64,000 bases of DNA from Trichodelitschia bisporula (GCA_010356995.1 ML996691.1:750174-814173); one strand, 5' to 3'. Counted from the first letter of the stretch, positions 1 through 14,921 are shown. The notes: a model not told the origin generated them from the letters alone. Numbers and translations are program-made.

Positions 1-2610
1 CAAGATGAGGTCTTCCACCCCGCAAGAGAATGCTCGGATATGGAGCATTTTCGTCAGCAGTCGTCCCATGATGCTCAGAAGTTTGCCAGCAATAGTATGA
101 CCGTAAGCCTCATATACTGCGTTGACAAAGCCGCCGCCTGCAGGTCCAATCTGACTCTTGTCGATGATACCGCACAGCAACTCTCCATCCTGGAAAATTA
201 CTTGGCCTTCTTCGGATTTGTCGCCCCACAGCTGAGCGGGCGTCTGAGACTTGCCCTTCAGCGTCAATCCAACATGTGTCCTGGGCGTGATGTTCTTCAT
301 GACGGTGGTAATAAGTTGCTTTCCCGTCCACAAGGGTTGAGGCTTGATGATTGCTGGCGGGACGGTCAGCAGGGTACCGCTCGTCGTGTGGTTGCTCTCC
401 GGCCTCATCGCGGAGTACACAATCTGTTGGTACTCAGCTCGCGTGAAGAAGATGTCCTTGTTCGTAAGCTGGACGCACACCGAAATATGATCCTGAATGA
501 GACCACGTAACGGCTTTCCGGCAGTACCAGATAGGTACTGATTGTCGGTGTCAGCAATCGTCATCGCTTCCGCTCGTGCAATCTCGTTTTGAGGAAAGTG
601 CATATTCATTTCATCACCGTCGAAATCGGCGTTGTAGGTGTTGCAGTTGGCATAGTGCATACGAATTGTCTTCTCCCCAGGCAGGACCCTTGCGCGATGC
701 GCCATCATGGAAGGCTTGTGCAGGGTCGGCTGACGGTTCATGATCACAATGTCACCATTGTTAAGATGTCGGTGAACTTTCTTGTTTTTGGAGCCGTTCA
801 TCTTGGTGCTGGACACGGCCAAGAGCTGATTTGCAAGTGATGCCCGCTCCTCGAGAGTCTTCCTGCCGAGCGCCACGATCTGGCCGTTCTCGTTCTCAAT
901 GGCGACGGCCCCGGGCCAAACATCCGGCCCATTGATGACTGCCTCCTTCAACTCGTAGAAGTTGTGGCTGGTGACCGGCTCCGGATAGGTGAGTTTCTTC
1001 GCAAAGACAGGAGGGACGCCAATCTCGTTGGTCTCGATGTTGGGGTCGGGAGAGATGACGGAACGGGCAGCAAAGTTGACACGCTTTCCCATCATGTTCT
1101 TCCGGAAAAGGCCTTCTTTCTTCTCGAGAATCTGCTTGATGCCGTCCTCATTTCTTTTTCCCGCGGCACCCTGAATCGGATTCCGATCCCGATCAATCAG
1201 AGAGTTCACAGCATCCTGAAGTTGAATAAAGGAAAGCTGTAGATCATCCCAGCCTCGTAGTCGCCGCCTCTCCTCGGTACCAGCAACACCCCGCATCTCT
1301 TGATTTATCAACCCAATTGTCTCACATATGGTGAGAATTTGCCTGTATAAGTTGTTTTGCGGTGATTCGGCAATCTGCGCATTACCGGTCTTCGCTTCCG
1401 GGCGGTATTTGGAAGGAGGGACGAGAAGCGCATCGATGAAGAACATGTCGGCCATTGAGCTCCCCTTGTTTGGCTTCGATCTCGGGCTGTAAACGAGGGG
1501 AAGGATTTCCGGTTCGTGCTCGAAGAGGAGAACTAAGGCAGCGTGGACTTCGTTCGCGCTGACGTACTCCTGTTTGTATTCAGTCGACTTTTGCGCAACG
1601 GCCCCCTCAATTTCAATGACGTCGCGAGTGCCACTCATTTCCACGTCACGCGTAGGCTCGTCAATTTCCATCTCTTCTGCGCTCGAGATATCGAGATCTG
1701 CAACAGCTTCATCGACAACACCGCTGTTCCGAGGGGGTTTCTCCTTCTGTTGCGCCTTCCGTCGCTCACTCAATATCACCAGCGGATTCTTCATGACGAG
1801 ATCACGCTGGTAATTATGGCTGTCCTGCTTCGCGCTGACGGTCCTGCGGAAGATCTTGACATAGCGATCCTTCCTGTAACTGGGGCTGATGCCCTGGCAG
1901 TTGCGGCACGTCTGTCCCTTTGTCAGATTTGCGAGAAATTCCTTGATGATTTCACGCCGTGCTTCGAGAAGGGCTTCGTTGTTTTCCGGTGACCGTTTCG
2001 GGGCCCGTCTGATGGCATTTTCTGTAAACTGTTTCTGCTGCTGAATCGTGCTGTTGACCTCATCGCCTTCGTCTGCAGAGAGCCATTCGCCTTCCTGCTC
2101 ATCCTCTCCCAGCTCGGTACCTTTCTTAGGGTCCTTGGCGACGATATCTTCCACTGCGCTCGCCTCTTCCAAGAGTCCGTGGTGTACCAGACGGAGTTTG
2201 CAGGCGTAAAGATGGACGTCCGTACGGGACATTTTGAAGCGATGGCAGAACACACACTTCCCGCGGAGAAGGCGCAAAGCCTGGTCCATGAACGAAGGGT
2301 GATATACGCGCGTAGGAAGCTCGATGTGCCCGCAGTGACCTGGACAGCCACCGAACTCTCCGAGTTGACATGTTGCGCATCTGTGAAGCGTTTAGCGAGC
2401 GTCTAACTTCCCTTAAAACCAAGCCTACCTGTTGTCCAGAAAGGCTCCTAGAGTAGGATCATATAGTCCACCGGGTGTGGGGTGTAAAAGGGTATCAAAG
2501 GTAGTCGGGTTCGTGAGGCGCTTGACGGAGAGTGCTTTGATCTCGTCGGAGAGGAGAAAGGCGAATTCCACACCCGCAATAGCGTCGGAAACTGGAGATG
2601 CGGTATTCAT
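1..2610 (-). CDS. RPA190: DNA-directed RNA polymerase I largest subunit (5' part; runs off the window start); intron 2381-2428
   Basis: Spliced N-terminus ...GGLYDPTLGAFLDN/RCATCQLGEFGGCPGHCGHIEL (Zn-binding). Motifs GLFRKNMMGKRVNFAARSVISPDPNIETNEIGVP (~1110-1010) and catalytic YNADFDGDEMNMHFPQ (~640-590) read on the minus strand. Confidence 0.97.
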
Positions 2611-2970
2611 GACGATGTACGCGTCATGGACATGCCAGAAATGAGAGGTTAGGCAACGAAGTAAGATTCGTGCTTGAGATGCTTGCTACACCGGCCGCGC
2701 GACCTGGAAATTTGCGGGAACGCCAAGATTTCAAAAAGTTTTGCCGCTTTGATGCTCTTACCGCTTTTAAAACGCCACAGGGTCAGCCTCGAGGCGCAGG
2801 GGGGCCTGTGAAAGGCTGAGCTCCATTATCATTCGCTCATTTGCATTCAGCGCTGATATTTCACCAGGACTATTTCGTCTAAGCGGGCTTCTATAGTACA
2901 CAGCAAAAATCTGATCGCTTGCTCGCTCCTATGCGTATCGATCCAAAATCCACTCCTCTCACTCCTTCCT

Positions 2971-5900
2971 CTATGAGCCTCGTCCATCGAAGTTGAAGTT
3001 AGTCCGGCAAAGCGGGCAAGTCGTGTTGTTGCTCGACTTGAACCACTTGTACAAGCAGTTGGCATGGAAGGTGTTCTTGCACGTCCTGCACTTCTTGTTC
3101 GGCACCCGTCCATCCTCTCCGACGACGCTGTAACAGATAGCGCAATCTTCCTGCCCCTTCAGCGCGCCATACATGTTCCGACGCCATGACAACAGGCCGT
3201 CTACGATACTGTTGTTGCTGGTAGCAATGACGCCTTGTGTAATCCGCAGCCAGGAGGTCCACTGCTTTGCTTCCACCGCAACCCGACTCTGGCTCGAGCC
3301 CACTGTCGCTTGTTGCAGAGGGAAACTAGGCGGAAAACTGATGCTGATCGTAGCCGACTGATCCTCATCAACCTTGTAGGAAGCCACGACTTCCGAGGCC
3401 CGAGGATTGACGCGAACCGAAAGCTGCGGTATCTCCTCGTCGGGTTGTGATTGTTTGGCCCATTCCTCAACGGTGATGAGCGCAGTCGATATCACATGGG
3501 CCGATATGAACTTTTCTGTCCACGCTTCAACGGCCAGGACCCTGGTGCGCGACGTGCATTCGATCCACCACGTTTTTGTTTGCGTGGAGAGGTGAACAAG
3601 ACAGAGATAGTAGAGATGCGTAAGGTACTTTTGAGTGTACTTTAAGGGAGAGTCTTCGGAGAAGTTCGGAGGTGATGTAACTGGGAATTTAAAAGCGTCC
3701 ACGGGCTTTCCTTTATCGTGACCGAGGAAGTCAAAAATAAAGTCCAGAAAGCCGTTGAGATAACCCCCTTCCTTGAGCTGCTCGTTATAGTCACTTCGGA
3801 CTTTATGCGACTATATAGAGTAAGCAAATACGTGTTAGTCGCCAGCACACCGAAAACTTACTGCGTAACGGAAATGGTCCAACACCAGGCGCCAACTGTG
3901 AAGATAGCCCTGGAGAGGCAAGGGCATCGTCCGATCGAAGACAGCCGGATCAAACGTATTCGCAGTCGGATTTTCAAGGATCAACGATAGTAGTTCGTCA
4001 GGGAGCCGAGCAGAAGATTTGTTCAAAAGGGCATCAATGGATATGTCCTCTTGCTTCCGCTGCACCTCCACCTCAAGGAGCGCAAGAGCTTCATCTTGGA
4101 TAGACCTAGAGTCCGTATATAGAAGCGGGTATAAGGTCTTCACGTCCGGAATTGGGGAATTCGGATGTTTGTTCAGCTGCCTGCAAATGAGCTCGTTGAC
4201 GATTTGCAGCGGTTGGTGGTGATCATCAGGAAGGTTGCGGGGGAGGGCGAAGAGGTTCAAGAGTCCCCCCCATGGTGATTCCTCCGAATTCTTCCATGCC
4301 TGGTCCAAAAGCTCTCGCAAATCCTCTGAAGCTTCATCTTTAGCCAGCAGTTCCAGTGCTTGGAATAGCTTCAAAGAGGCGTAAACCGGAGGCAGCAGAC
4401 TATTTGGAGGGCTTTCATCCAAGGTCTTTAGTCCCTTCCAGAAATCCGTTATCGCAGACAGTGCTTGTGACCAGAAGCTTTCTGGAACTTCATCCGCTTC
4501 GGGCAGGAGGTAGTACAGAATCCGAAAGATTTCGGCCCGGAGGGCAGAACTCAGAGAATTTTCATCCAGCCAGCCCACAGCTCGCATAACCAGACGTACC
4601 CGTCGCTGAGGTAGGATCTTAGCCGCCAGCACGTTTTCATCGCCTGGGTACCGCAGCATGACGTTGAGTAAAATCAACTTTTGAAGGCCTTCAGCTTGCT
4701 TGTCAGCAATTCTCAGATCTGCCAGGTCTGCAATCATCTCGTTACAGAATCGCAGGCTGATGGGGTCAACAGCGAGATCTGGCTTATGGCTAGCCAAAAA
4801 CGCAGCAGACTGGAGATGGTTTTTACTCGCCCGGAGAGATCTCAACCTCGCCTCAAGGTCTCCGCTGTCCCATGTGTCATGCTCGACAAGTTCAGTGACA
4901 GCCTCACAGTATGCTTTCGCATTGTAGTATGATTCCGGCGAGGTTCCGTTCGATCCATCAAGGAACGAGTCAATTGCCGACCGGACAAACTCATACTCAG
5001 CGACCTCATTTCCCTGGTAATTCTGAAGCCATGAATTTAGCAGTTTTTGCGCTTCTGCAACAAATTCCGCCATCTCGTTTTCAATGTCCAGAGTGTAGAT
5101 GGACCAGAGATTGTTTGAGCCCGCGACGCTAAGGTTGTCATTGGCAAGCTGAACGGTAATGGAAAGGAGCCTGAAGAGTTCGCCCTGGCTCGAAGAATCC
5201 AGATGGACGATAGCGTCGTCCTTCTGTAGAAGCTTTGCGGTGTAAAATGCCATCCTCAGGGGAACTGAGAAACCAGAAGCATCGGATGGGGCAGTATTTT
5301 CCAGCAAGCGGGCGCCATCCGAGGTCTCAGGCTGTACGAGGAATACCGCACCGCCCATTGGGTGCGTGATGGCAAAGGCTCGAGTCGGCACAGTTGTAAA
5401 GAATGGTCGGAGTCCATTACTCCAATCCGCCGTCTCCGGCAAGACATCTGAAAGCGAAGCGACCTTTGCATCCACCAAGCCGAATGCCTGATCAATAAGC
5501 GTCTCCACCAAAATTGATTCCTTCGTGGCCGTTTTGAGACTGTTCCTGATCACGTCAGTCATGTGGTGCCCGCCTTCCGCGCTCCCGTGTGAACGTGAAA
5601 GTGAGTGGAGAATGGAATTGAAATCCGCTGCAGAATGCGCAATCGCATCGTCGGCCGACTCAGTCAAAACAAGGATTTTGTGTGCAATGGTCTTCCCTGC
5701 CTCCGTAGGGATGAAACTCTGGAGTAAAGTCGGGTTGGCCCGAGAAATTGACTTGAGAGCTTCGAGGGATTGCGAAGTTCTCCGAGGGTCAGATATTGAG
5801 AGAGCTTCGGTGAGCGCAGATAGCGCTTCGATGCCAACAACTTCGGATGCCGTGCTGGACTTGTTCAACAGGGTGGTGATGAGAGTCCAGTCCCCAGTAG

Positions 5901-7966
5901 AGTTCAAAGTGTGATGAGTCTGATGCAGGACATATGCCTGAAGATAGGGTTTTACTTCATCAAAATTCGTTGTAGAAGACGGCTTTGGCCCCGAAACCAG
6001 TTCCTTCAGTGCCGTATGTTGGCTTTCCGATTCCGGCGCAGCCAACACTGCCTTTACAGCGGCAGTCCATGCTCTGTCGAAGAACTTGCGATCCTTGAGA
6101 GTAAACAGTATGCTGGCAAAGTATTTTGATGAAGGGGAAACAAATATGTCCGGAAGCTCCGTCAACGCAAAATCCTCCAGAATCCGCAAAGCAGGGCTGC
6201 CAGGGAGGAAGAGCTGGCCGCACGACTGTACGGCGGCCGCAACCGTTGCGGCAGCACCATATGGCTTGCCTCGCCGTGATGCGGAAACTTTCAATGCTTC
6301 TTCCAAGACGCGTACTGTGTCTGGAGACAGCTTGTCTAACAGCACATCCGTCGGATAGTTGGCGATCATCGCCGCCTGCACAAGTGCCCACCGTTGACCC
6401 CGTTGAACTAGTTTGCTTTGTGAAGTCTCATAAGCCTGAGCCTGCTCAGGCAGGGACGTCTTGAAGTCAGTGATGAGGGTTTCGCAAAGTGAGGGCCATT
6501 CCGCTTGAAGTAGCTGGTCAACGCCATGGATGCGAATGGCACTGGCAATGATCTCCCGCATTCGGTTTCCTGGAAGCTCGGGTACACTCCACTCCGAACT
6601 TTTTGAGTCTTGCTGGGCATATTGATGAATGATAGGAAGGACGGATTCCTTCAGGAGCGGAAACCGATCTTCTGCTGAAAGAATCGAGGATAAAATCTTG
6701 GCCACCTCGACGTAAGCCTGGAGGCCAGCTGTGATAAAGATCTTCGGTTCATCCTTTTTCGTAACACCGCTGTACAGCCCTTTGAGAAGCTGCATTGCGT
6801 CAGGGGATGTGTCGGGCAAAGCTTTAGGCGGAATGAAATTGAAGAGCTTTTGAATGTTGGTCCAGTAATTGAGTGGTGCGCTTTGAGATCCTCTCTTGAC
6901 GAAATGCTTCAGACGGCTTGAAACCGATTTCTTCCCATGGTACGACTCCAACCACACATCTTTACTGAATGTTGTCAAGGCGAGTAAAGTATCGACATAT
7001 TCGTTTGCCGAGCCCGTTTGATCGGAGTCAAGCGCCTTGTAGATGTACGCCTCGCTGAGAATCTCTGGATTGAGCGCAGCCTTCGCTGCTGTGGACTGTA
7101 TTACGCTCCTAAGCATTTTGTGCATCGCTCTCCGGATTCCCACGTCGTCGTTGCTGGCCATTTTCCAGAGTTCCCTGTCTTGGAAAATCTCCTCGTACCG
7201 ATCTCGGTTCTTAGCATAATCTTCATGGCTCAGCTCAGACATGAGACGTGAAAGCAATCCCAAAGCTGCAGATAGTGTGCGACTGTATTTGGCCTCTGCT
7301 TCATCGGGGCTGATGATCCTCTCGTCACTCAGAGTTTGTGGTGTCTCGCTGCGAATAATGCCGCTACAAAAGTCGAGAATGGGGATTTGATAGGCCTTGT
7401 AGAGCATTGATTTCTTCTCCAGGGTGGGGAAGACTTTGTCTACAGATATTTGTGCAGCTTTTGCAACCAGCTTGTCGTTGTCGTACATGCCTGCAAGCCA
7501 CGCTCCTACGACCTTGGACATGTACTTCGCTATGCGCCGCCCGGAGGAGATTGATATCTGGCCTTGAAGGGTGTGAGCAAGCTGGCGCACCCGCTTATCA
7601 TTGTCGATGGAGGTGCGCGGGTAAAAATTGAGCTAGTGGCCGTCAGCACGACCCGACAACGATTGAAGAATCCCCTACCCAAGCGTTAAGAACCACATCT
7701 TCAAGTTCCTTGTCCTTCTGAAAGAGATGATCCTGTAGTTCTTCCAAAGCTTTTCCCTTGGTGATGCTATCCTTCTTCGACAAGTTTTTGAACAACACGA
7801 TAGTGTGCGCATCGGATATAGACGAGATGTCTGGTAGCTCGCAAAGGTACGAAAGTGACGAACTGGGGGTGGCGAAACTGGAAACAGGTGCACCGAATGC
7901 TGTGCTGCCTGACGGAAAGGAGGCTTTGCTGCTGCTTGCCTGTGACTTGAACTGCCGTTTGCTCAT
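2971..7966 (-). CDS. RKR1: E3 ubiquitin ligase listerin (Ltn1/Rkr1), ribosome quality control; introns 7633-7678 and 3811-3861
   Basis: N-terminal MSKRQFKSQASSSKA...FKNLSKKDSITKGKALEEL...YPRTSIDNDKRVR. Long helical body, RWD-like region and C-terminal RING CAICYS...CRTCKNTFHANCLYKWFKSSNNTTCPLCR. GT-AG introns join the ORFs in frame. Confidence 0.95.
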
Positions 7967-8463
7967 GGTGGCGGGATTGCGGAGGTACTGCGGAGGTGTA
8001 GGGTAGAGGTTCTGCGGGGTTTCGAGGGTGCGGGGCAACCTCGAAGGCGGAGATCGCAGGTAAAAGTGAAAACTAGAAATGTGAATGCGAGCTGCAAAAT
8101 ATGGCAACTGAGCTGTATAGTATGACGGCCTAGAACAGGGGCACGTACGAACATGCGCAGTATTGCTGAGGTTGGAGTTACTGCGGCAAAGGAAGCTGCT
8201 AGTTCTAGTCTTTTGGATCGCTGCGGCGGCGTGCGGTGTCTTGCGAAGAACTGCAACCCTGTAATTGCGCTATTCTATAAATGGACACAGCTCAGCCCTA
8301 CCACCGGGTGGGTCTTGGCATTTGGACGCGTACGGTACGGTATTCGCGACTTGCGCTTGCATCCCCGGTCGCCTACCCGTACTTGTGACAAGCCAACGCC
8401 CACGAGCTTGCATATCGTTCTTCGATTTCTTGATTAGCGTACCACAACTCTTTGGTCACCACA
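7967..8463. promoter_or_regulatory. Bidirectional RKR1 / RAD3 promoter
   Basis: Divergent start codons about 500 bp apart; ACGCGT at 8326-8331. Confidence 0.5.
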
Positions 8464-11120
8464 ATGCGGTTCTTCATTGAGTTAGTAGTCTTTCTTCTAG
8501 TTGATTTGACCTGTGCTAATCGGCGCAGCAATCTGGAAGTCCTCTTCCCCTACCCCCGCATTTATCCCGAACAATATGATTACATGTGTGATCTCAAGCG
8601 AACACTGGATATGGATGGTGGAAAGGCTGTACTCGAGATGCCTTCTGGAACCGGCAAGACTGTTACACTTCTGTCTTTGATTGTCGCCTACATCCAACAA
8701 AATCCAGCAAAGCGCAAGTTGATATACTGCTCACGTGAGGTTCCCGGCCTCCCATGATATATCAGTTCGGCAAAGCTGATGATGAGCAGGTACCATGTCG
8801 GAGATCGAGAAGGCGCTTGCTGAGCTGAAGGCCCTGATGAAGTATCGTAAGCAAGAGCTGGGTTACGAAGAGGAGTTTCGAGGGCTCGGCCTTACCAGCC
8901 GCAAGAATCTATGTCTGAATTCTTCAGTCAAGCGCGAAAAGAGTGGCGCCATCGTAGATGCGCGGTGTCGAGCATTAACCGCTGGGTTCGTGAAAGAGAA
9001 GAAGGAGCGAGGCGAAGATGTGGATCTGTGCATCTATCACGAGGTTTGGGTCCGCCTCAGACGTTCCTGTTCGAGCTAACTAGGCGTCAAGAACTTGGAT
9101 CCACTGGAACCAGACAACTTGATTCCGAACGGTATCTGGACATTGGATGACCTGCTGCAGTACGGCGAACAGCACAAACAATGTCCATACTTTACAGCTC
9201 GGCGAATGGTAAGTAACAGCACGACTTCATCAACAAGACTAATATGCACAGATGCCGTTTTGCAACGTCATAATCTACTCCTATCATTACTTGTTGGACC
9301 CAAAAATCGCCGAACGGGTGTCAAAAGATTTTCCGAAAGACTGCATTGTTGTCTTTGATGAAGCCCACAACATTGACAACGTCTGCATCGAGTCCCTAAG
9401 CATTGACATAACTGAAGACTCACTTCGGCGAGCGACAAGGGGCGCCAACAATCTTGAGCGTAGAATTGAGGAAATGAAGTCAACAGATGCGGAGAAGTTG
9501 CAAAATGAGTACCAAAAACTGGTAGAGGGGCTGCGAGAGGCCGAAGAAGCTCGGGAAGAAGACGCCTTCATCGCGAATCCAGGTACTGCTTGCGGTTCCA
9601 AGTGTCGATTTTGTTAACTTTGATGAAGTTCTACCGGATGATCTCTTGAGTGAAGCAGTGCCTGGTAATATCAGGCGAGCTGAGCACTTCGTCTCGTTCT
9701 TGAAGCGCTTCATTGAATACCTCAAGGTATGTCCCGTAGGACTCTTCGTTGAATCAGACACTAATCCCGTAATCAGACGAGAATGAAGGTTTTGCATGTC
9801 ATTTCAGAGACGCCAGTTTCCTTTCTTGCACATCTCCGCGAGCTCACGTTCATTGAGCGCAAGCCCCTCCGGTTTTGCGCAGAACGGCTCACATCTCTAA
9901 TCCGTACCCTGGAACTCACCAGTATCGAGGATCTCCACCCGCTTCAAGAAGTTGCAACATTTGCAACTCTTGTCGCGACATACGACAAGGGATTTGTGCT
10001 CATTCTTGAGCCATTTGAAACAGATACGGCTACTGTTCCGAATCCCATTTTCCACTTTGCCTGCCTTGACGCCGCAATTGCCATCAAGCCTGTTTTCGAC
10101 AGGTTTGGCTCCGTCATCATCACATCCGGAACCATATCACCGCTAGACATGTACCCACGCATGCTAGACTTCAACGCCCTAGTGCAAGAGTCCTATCCCA
10201 TGACGCTGGCGCGCAAGTCCTTCCTCCCTCTCATCGTCACCCGCGGCTCTGACCAAGGCACACTCTCATCATCCTTCCAAATCCGCAACGACCCCTCCGT
10301 AGTGCGCAACTACGGCGACCTTCTCGTCGAATTCTGCCGCCTGACACCCGACGGCGTCGTCGTCTTCTTCCCCTCTTACCTGTACATGGAGTCCATCGTA
10401 TCCATGTGGCAAGGCATGGGCATCCTCGACTCAATCTGGAAGCACAAGCTCATCCTCGTCGAAACACCCGACGCGCAAGAAACGGCCCTCGCTCTGGAAG
10501 CCTTCCGCTCAGCGTGCAACAACGGCCGCGGTGCCGTGCTGCTTTCCGTCGCTCGCGGGAAGGTGTCCGAAGGTATCGATTTCGACCACAACTATGGGCG
10601 CACAGTTATTTGCATTGGTGTGCCCTTCCAGTATACAGAGTCACGCATTCTCAAGGCTCGCCTTGAGTTTCTCCGCGAGACATACCGCATCCGCGAGAAC
10701 GACTTCCTCTCCTTCGATGCCATGCGTCATGCCGCACAGTGCTTAGGCCGCGTGCTGCGGGGTAAGGACGACTACGGGGTAATGGTGCTCGCGGACCGGC
10801 GGTTCCAGAAAAAGCGCGCACAGCTGCCTAAGTGGATTAACCAGGCACTGCTGGATTCGGAGACGAATCTCTCCGTCGACCAGGCTGTCTCGCAAGCGAA
10901 GCATTTCCTGAAAAACATGGCGAAACCCTTTCCGCCTGAGTTTCAGTATGGGATCAGTACGTGGAGCTTGGAGGATCTGAAGGCCTATCAGGCGAAGTTG
11001 GAGGAAGAGGAGATTCGCATGTTGGAGGGAGAGGTGGGGCCTGAGGCTGTGGGCCCGAACCGCGTTGTGGACGAGTTTGATGATATTGATGAAGAGGCGT
11101 TGATGGCACTCGATCCGTAG
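8464..11120 (+). CDS. RAD3: TFIIH/NER 5'-3' DNA helicase XPD (6 introns)
   Basis: [11 protein letters not shown], Walker [10 protein letters not shown], Fe-S region SRKNLC...CR, DEAHNID and [16 protein letters not shown] motifs. Exons are joined by canonical introns. Confidence 0.98.
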
Positions 11121-11493
11121 TACCCATGCTAGCATTTGGATCTGAGAGTCATCGGGGGAATGGCCTTACATCTTGATTTGCTCCATTAGAATGGATTAGT
11201 GGGCAAGTCTGTTGAAGAAATCAAAGTTGCTCTATTACAAGAAAGTACGCTGCCCCATCCCAATCACCATCCAATGCAGACGGTCTAAGTATCAATACAC
11301 AAGTGTCACGCTCACTAGCGCCGCCACCATGGAAGCTCCAAAACCCCAATTCAGGACCCATAAGCCCTGCACGGCGGGAATCGCTTTCCCAATCCAGCAT
11401 CAAATGCATCGTCAACGTATAGACATATGCCATCCTCACGCATCCATCCATGCAATCATACATCCCATCCGGACCAAAAATTTCCTCATCTGT

Positions 11494-14400
11494 CTACTGC
11501 GTAACCGCCCTGGCAGCCTGCAACACCAACCCGAACACCAGGCCTCTTACCACCTGCTCTGTCTGCAAACAATCGAACACCCGTCCAAGGGCCTCCCCAC
11601 TCGCCGCCGTCCCCATAACACTCGTCAACGCCTGAGGCATCCCCCGTTCAACCAGCAACTTGCGCGCTTTGACCCTCATCTCCTCCTTCTCCTCTGCACT
11701 GGACTCCGCCGGCCATGCCTTTAGCTCTTCCTCAGTAGGAAGCGTATTCGCGCGCAACTGTCGCAGCAGCCCGGCCACTCCCGCGTCACTTGTATTGGCA
11801 TCTAGCACGCTGGCCTGAAGGAGCTGGCGGATGGACTCAAGCTGCGGGTTGCCGGGGCGCAGAAGGAAGGTTTTTGCAGCGAGGAGGAGGCGGCGGCGAA
11901 GGGTCCAGGCGGAGGACATGGTATAGAGCTCGTTGATGATGGCGAAGAGGAGTTCAACTGCAACGCGGGCTTCTTCTTCGGTTAGAGGGGCCTTGGGCTT
12001 CACGATTTTCCTCACTGGAGGTAGGGCCGGTGTGGGCTCGGCTGGGAGTACGGGCGCTACTGCGGGCTCTGTGGAGATGGTAGATGTTGACACGCAAGGC
12101 GCGGTCTCGGGTTCATATAACGATTGGGAGCGTGAGGTCGGTTCAGGGGTATAGTCATCTGTGATGTCGGAAGGAGGTGGGGGTAAATTGATGAGCTGAT
12201 CGCCGGAGAGAACCGCAGTGATTTCTACGGATTCTCTTATTGAAGTCGGCTTGCTGTTAGAGGGCGAGTCGCGTGACTTGCTTTCCGGCTCGACTTCCAT
12301 AATCGAAGGCGGCTTTTCCATCTGCGGGATAAGGCTGGGTTGCGTGTCAACGATTGGCGAAGAGTCATTTCCTCCGTCGACACTCTTGATAGAAATGGAG
12401 GAAGTTGACATGCGTGTCTCGAGCGGAGGTCTGTCGACGGAAATCGAAGAGCGACTCGTAGACAACGAGCTTCCTTTCTTTGCAGACTTGTTGCCCAGCA
12501 CACCAGTCACTCCACCGATGAGAGCCTTTCCGCCACCGGCAATACCCGTCGGTGCCTTGGCTAGCGCATCCATCATGCCTTTGCCGGCATTTTCGAAAGC
12601 TGACGGTGCAGGCCAGCCGAGGCCGGTAAATCCGCCTTTGCCAGAACTGCTTGACTTGGCCGCTACTGTGTCCTTCTCAAGAAAGCGCTTCAACCCATCT
12701 GACTCCGCAAGAGGGCGATGTTGCACGGCATCAGAAAGATACCGCTCAAGATCTTCGCGAAATGCGTTTTTCGTGCGACCTTTCCACTGAGGCATAGCGG
12801 GATGAGCCTCTGTAAACTTCTGTCCTCCTGACACCTGGGCGATTCGGCGCAAAATTTCGTGCAGGTTCTCAAAATCAACGAGTTTTCTGGCAGTCATCCA
12901 GCCGGAGTGGTGAGAAGAAGCGGGCTCGACTTGGATCAGATATTCAGTAGTCGGCTTTGAGCGAATCGCCGTTCTGTCCCCGGGCATTGAGTCATCGAAG
13001 ATGTTGATGAGCGCATTGTAGAGTGTAAGCGGCGGGATCTCCCTTTTCGCCTTACCAGAATCCTCGCGGAAGGCGGTTGGTACCTGGGGAAGAATCTGAT
13101 CAAAACTGGTAAAAGGTGCGGCTGGGATGTCATCCGTGGCTTTTTCCAGAGAAACGGAAGCAGCCTGCGTGGCCACAGATTCGTCTACTGCTGATTCACT
13201 ATGTGACGAGCTTGGGGTATGAACACCTTGTGGCGTGCTTTCTGATGTATCACTCAGAGTCGTGCTTGGTGGCCCAGACTGCTGCTTCGCGGCGGCCTCT
13301 GTGGCGGTCTCAACAGGCGTTGATGCCTGGCCCTGAGCTTTCTTCGCATCCTCTTCTATGATCAGTTGCGTTAGACGCTGAGCTTCTCGCATGGCCTCAT
13401 CCATTGCCTCCTGCGCCCTGCTCATGGCGCGTTTGTGTTGGCTCTGTTGAGCCGTATGGTTTGGGATATTGGGGTCGACCTTAGCCACGGTGTCCGGTGG
13501 AGGGTTGGCTGCCGTCAATCCATCAACCCCAGCATCAATCTCCTTCATGATTTCCGGTTCACCATCTTGTAGGAGATAGATAATCCATCCGTTGAAAAAT
13601 TCAGGCTTGGAGCAGCGCTGAATTGTCACTTCAAGGATCAACTTGGCTAGAACTTGCTGGAGGAACAGGCGGACGGGCTCGCAGTTGTAAGCCTTGTGCT
13701 CAAGAAAAACTTCCAAAATATCCTCGGCAACCAGATTCAACTTTTTCCGTTGCTGTTCAACGTCCATGACGTTTGCAAGACTGCTGTCAGGTCGTTGTTC
13801 GACATATGATGCAATAGCCTCTGGCACTGTTGTGACGGGCGCGGAGCTGAGAGCAGAGGACAGCTCACCAATATACACTATGAGTATGGATGACGAGTTG
13901 GTGAGGAAGTCCAAAAACACATCAGCCGGCCGCTTGCGAGAAAGGTGACCGGAGAGGGACAATAAGAAGGCAGCAAACGTCTGCTGGCAGGAGTTCGGAA
14001 ACACACCCTCGTCGGGAAGGATTGGCAAATACCACCATCTGCAGTATATATCAGCATATGTATGCACGAAATAGAGGCTTCGTACTTGACGTAATCTCTA
14101 ATCACGGCGTCTGTAAGCTCATTCAAGGCCGCGGCCGTCTCCGGTTGGAAGCTGGAGAAGTCGAGCGTAATACCAGGATGCCGCTCAACTCTAACTTGCT
14201 CCTCCCCTTCAGTGTTCAGAGCCTCATGCTGTTTTCTCCTCCAGTCCAATGCCTGCTGCACAATATCCACACCCGCTTGCTTTCTTCTCCACTCCTCCTC
14301 TTCCCTCGATTTCCCGTCCGTGCTGCCTGCTTCCCAAGTTGCATGAAGCACAACTCCTCCAGCCACGCCCATGAGCACCAGTCCGACTCTTCCCAGAACA

Positions 14401-14642
14401 AGATATGTAGTGGCTCCGAGCCCAACCAGACATGCGCCGAGGGTCTCATTGCTGGCGGAGGAAAGGAAACGTAGAGCTTGGTCCGTCAACTGCTGTGCCG
14501 TCGCCTGGAAGCTCTGCGGTGTAAGGTCCGCTGTCGCGGACAGTTGCTCGGGCTGCTTAGCATCATTGTCGGCAGTTGAGGATGGATTAGGAGGTCCTGT
14601 TGATGTAGGATGATCGGCTATGTCGCATTGTTGAGCGTCCAT
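11494..14642 (-). CDS. PXA- and PX-domain sorting-nexin-like membrane protein; intron 14039-14085
   Basis: N-terminal hydrophobic segment (GACLVGLGATTYLVLGRVGLVLMGVAGGVVLHATW). PXA-like IRDYV/KWWY...LLQDGEPE. PX-like EYLIQVEP...ARKLVDFENLHEILRR...LERYL...LKRFLEK. C-terminal nexin-like W(T)LRRRLL...ALGRVFDCLQ. Confidence 0.8.
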
Positions 14643-14921
14643 TCTAGCAGTTGTGCATAGTCATGCGCAAAGGCCAACTGCAGTCAGCCTCTGGGGTATT
14701 CTGCACCAAAATGTGCTGGTGAATGTCGTCGACAGAGAGTTGTGAATGACGACGTCTCCTCACCACCGTGGTGAGACGCTGTTCTGTCCCGGGTGGCCTG
14801 TGATTGGCCAGAGGTGATGGACGCCCCAGAAAGCTTGGCGCCATCTTACGGAAGCCGGCAAGCCCAATCTCGTGAAGACATAAAAAATGCCAGCGTCACG
14901 GCAAGCATCAATACAAAAATC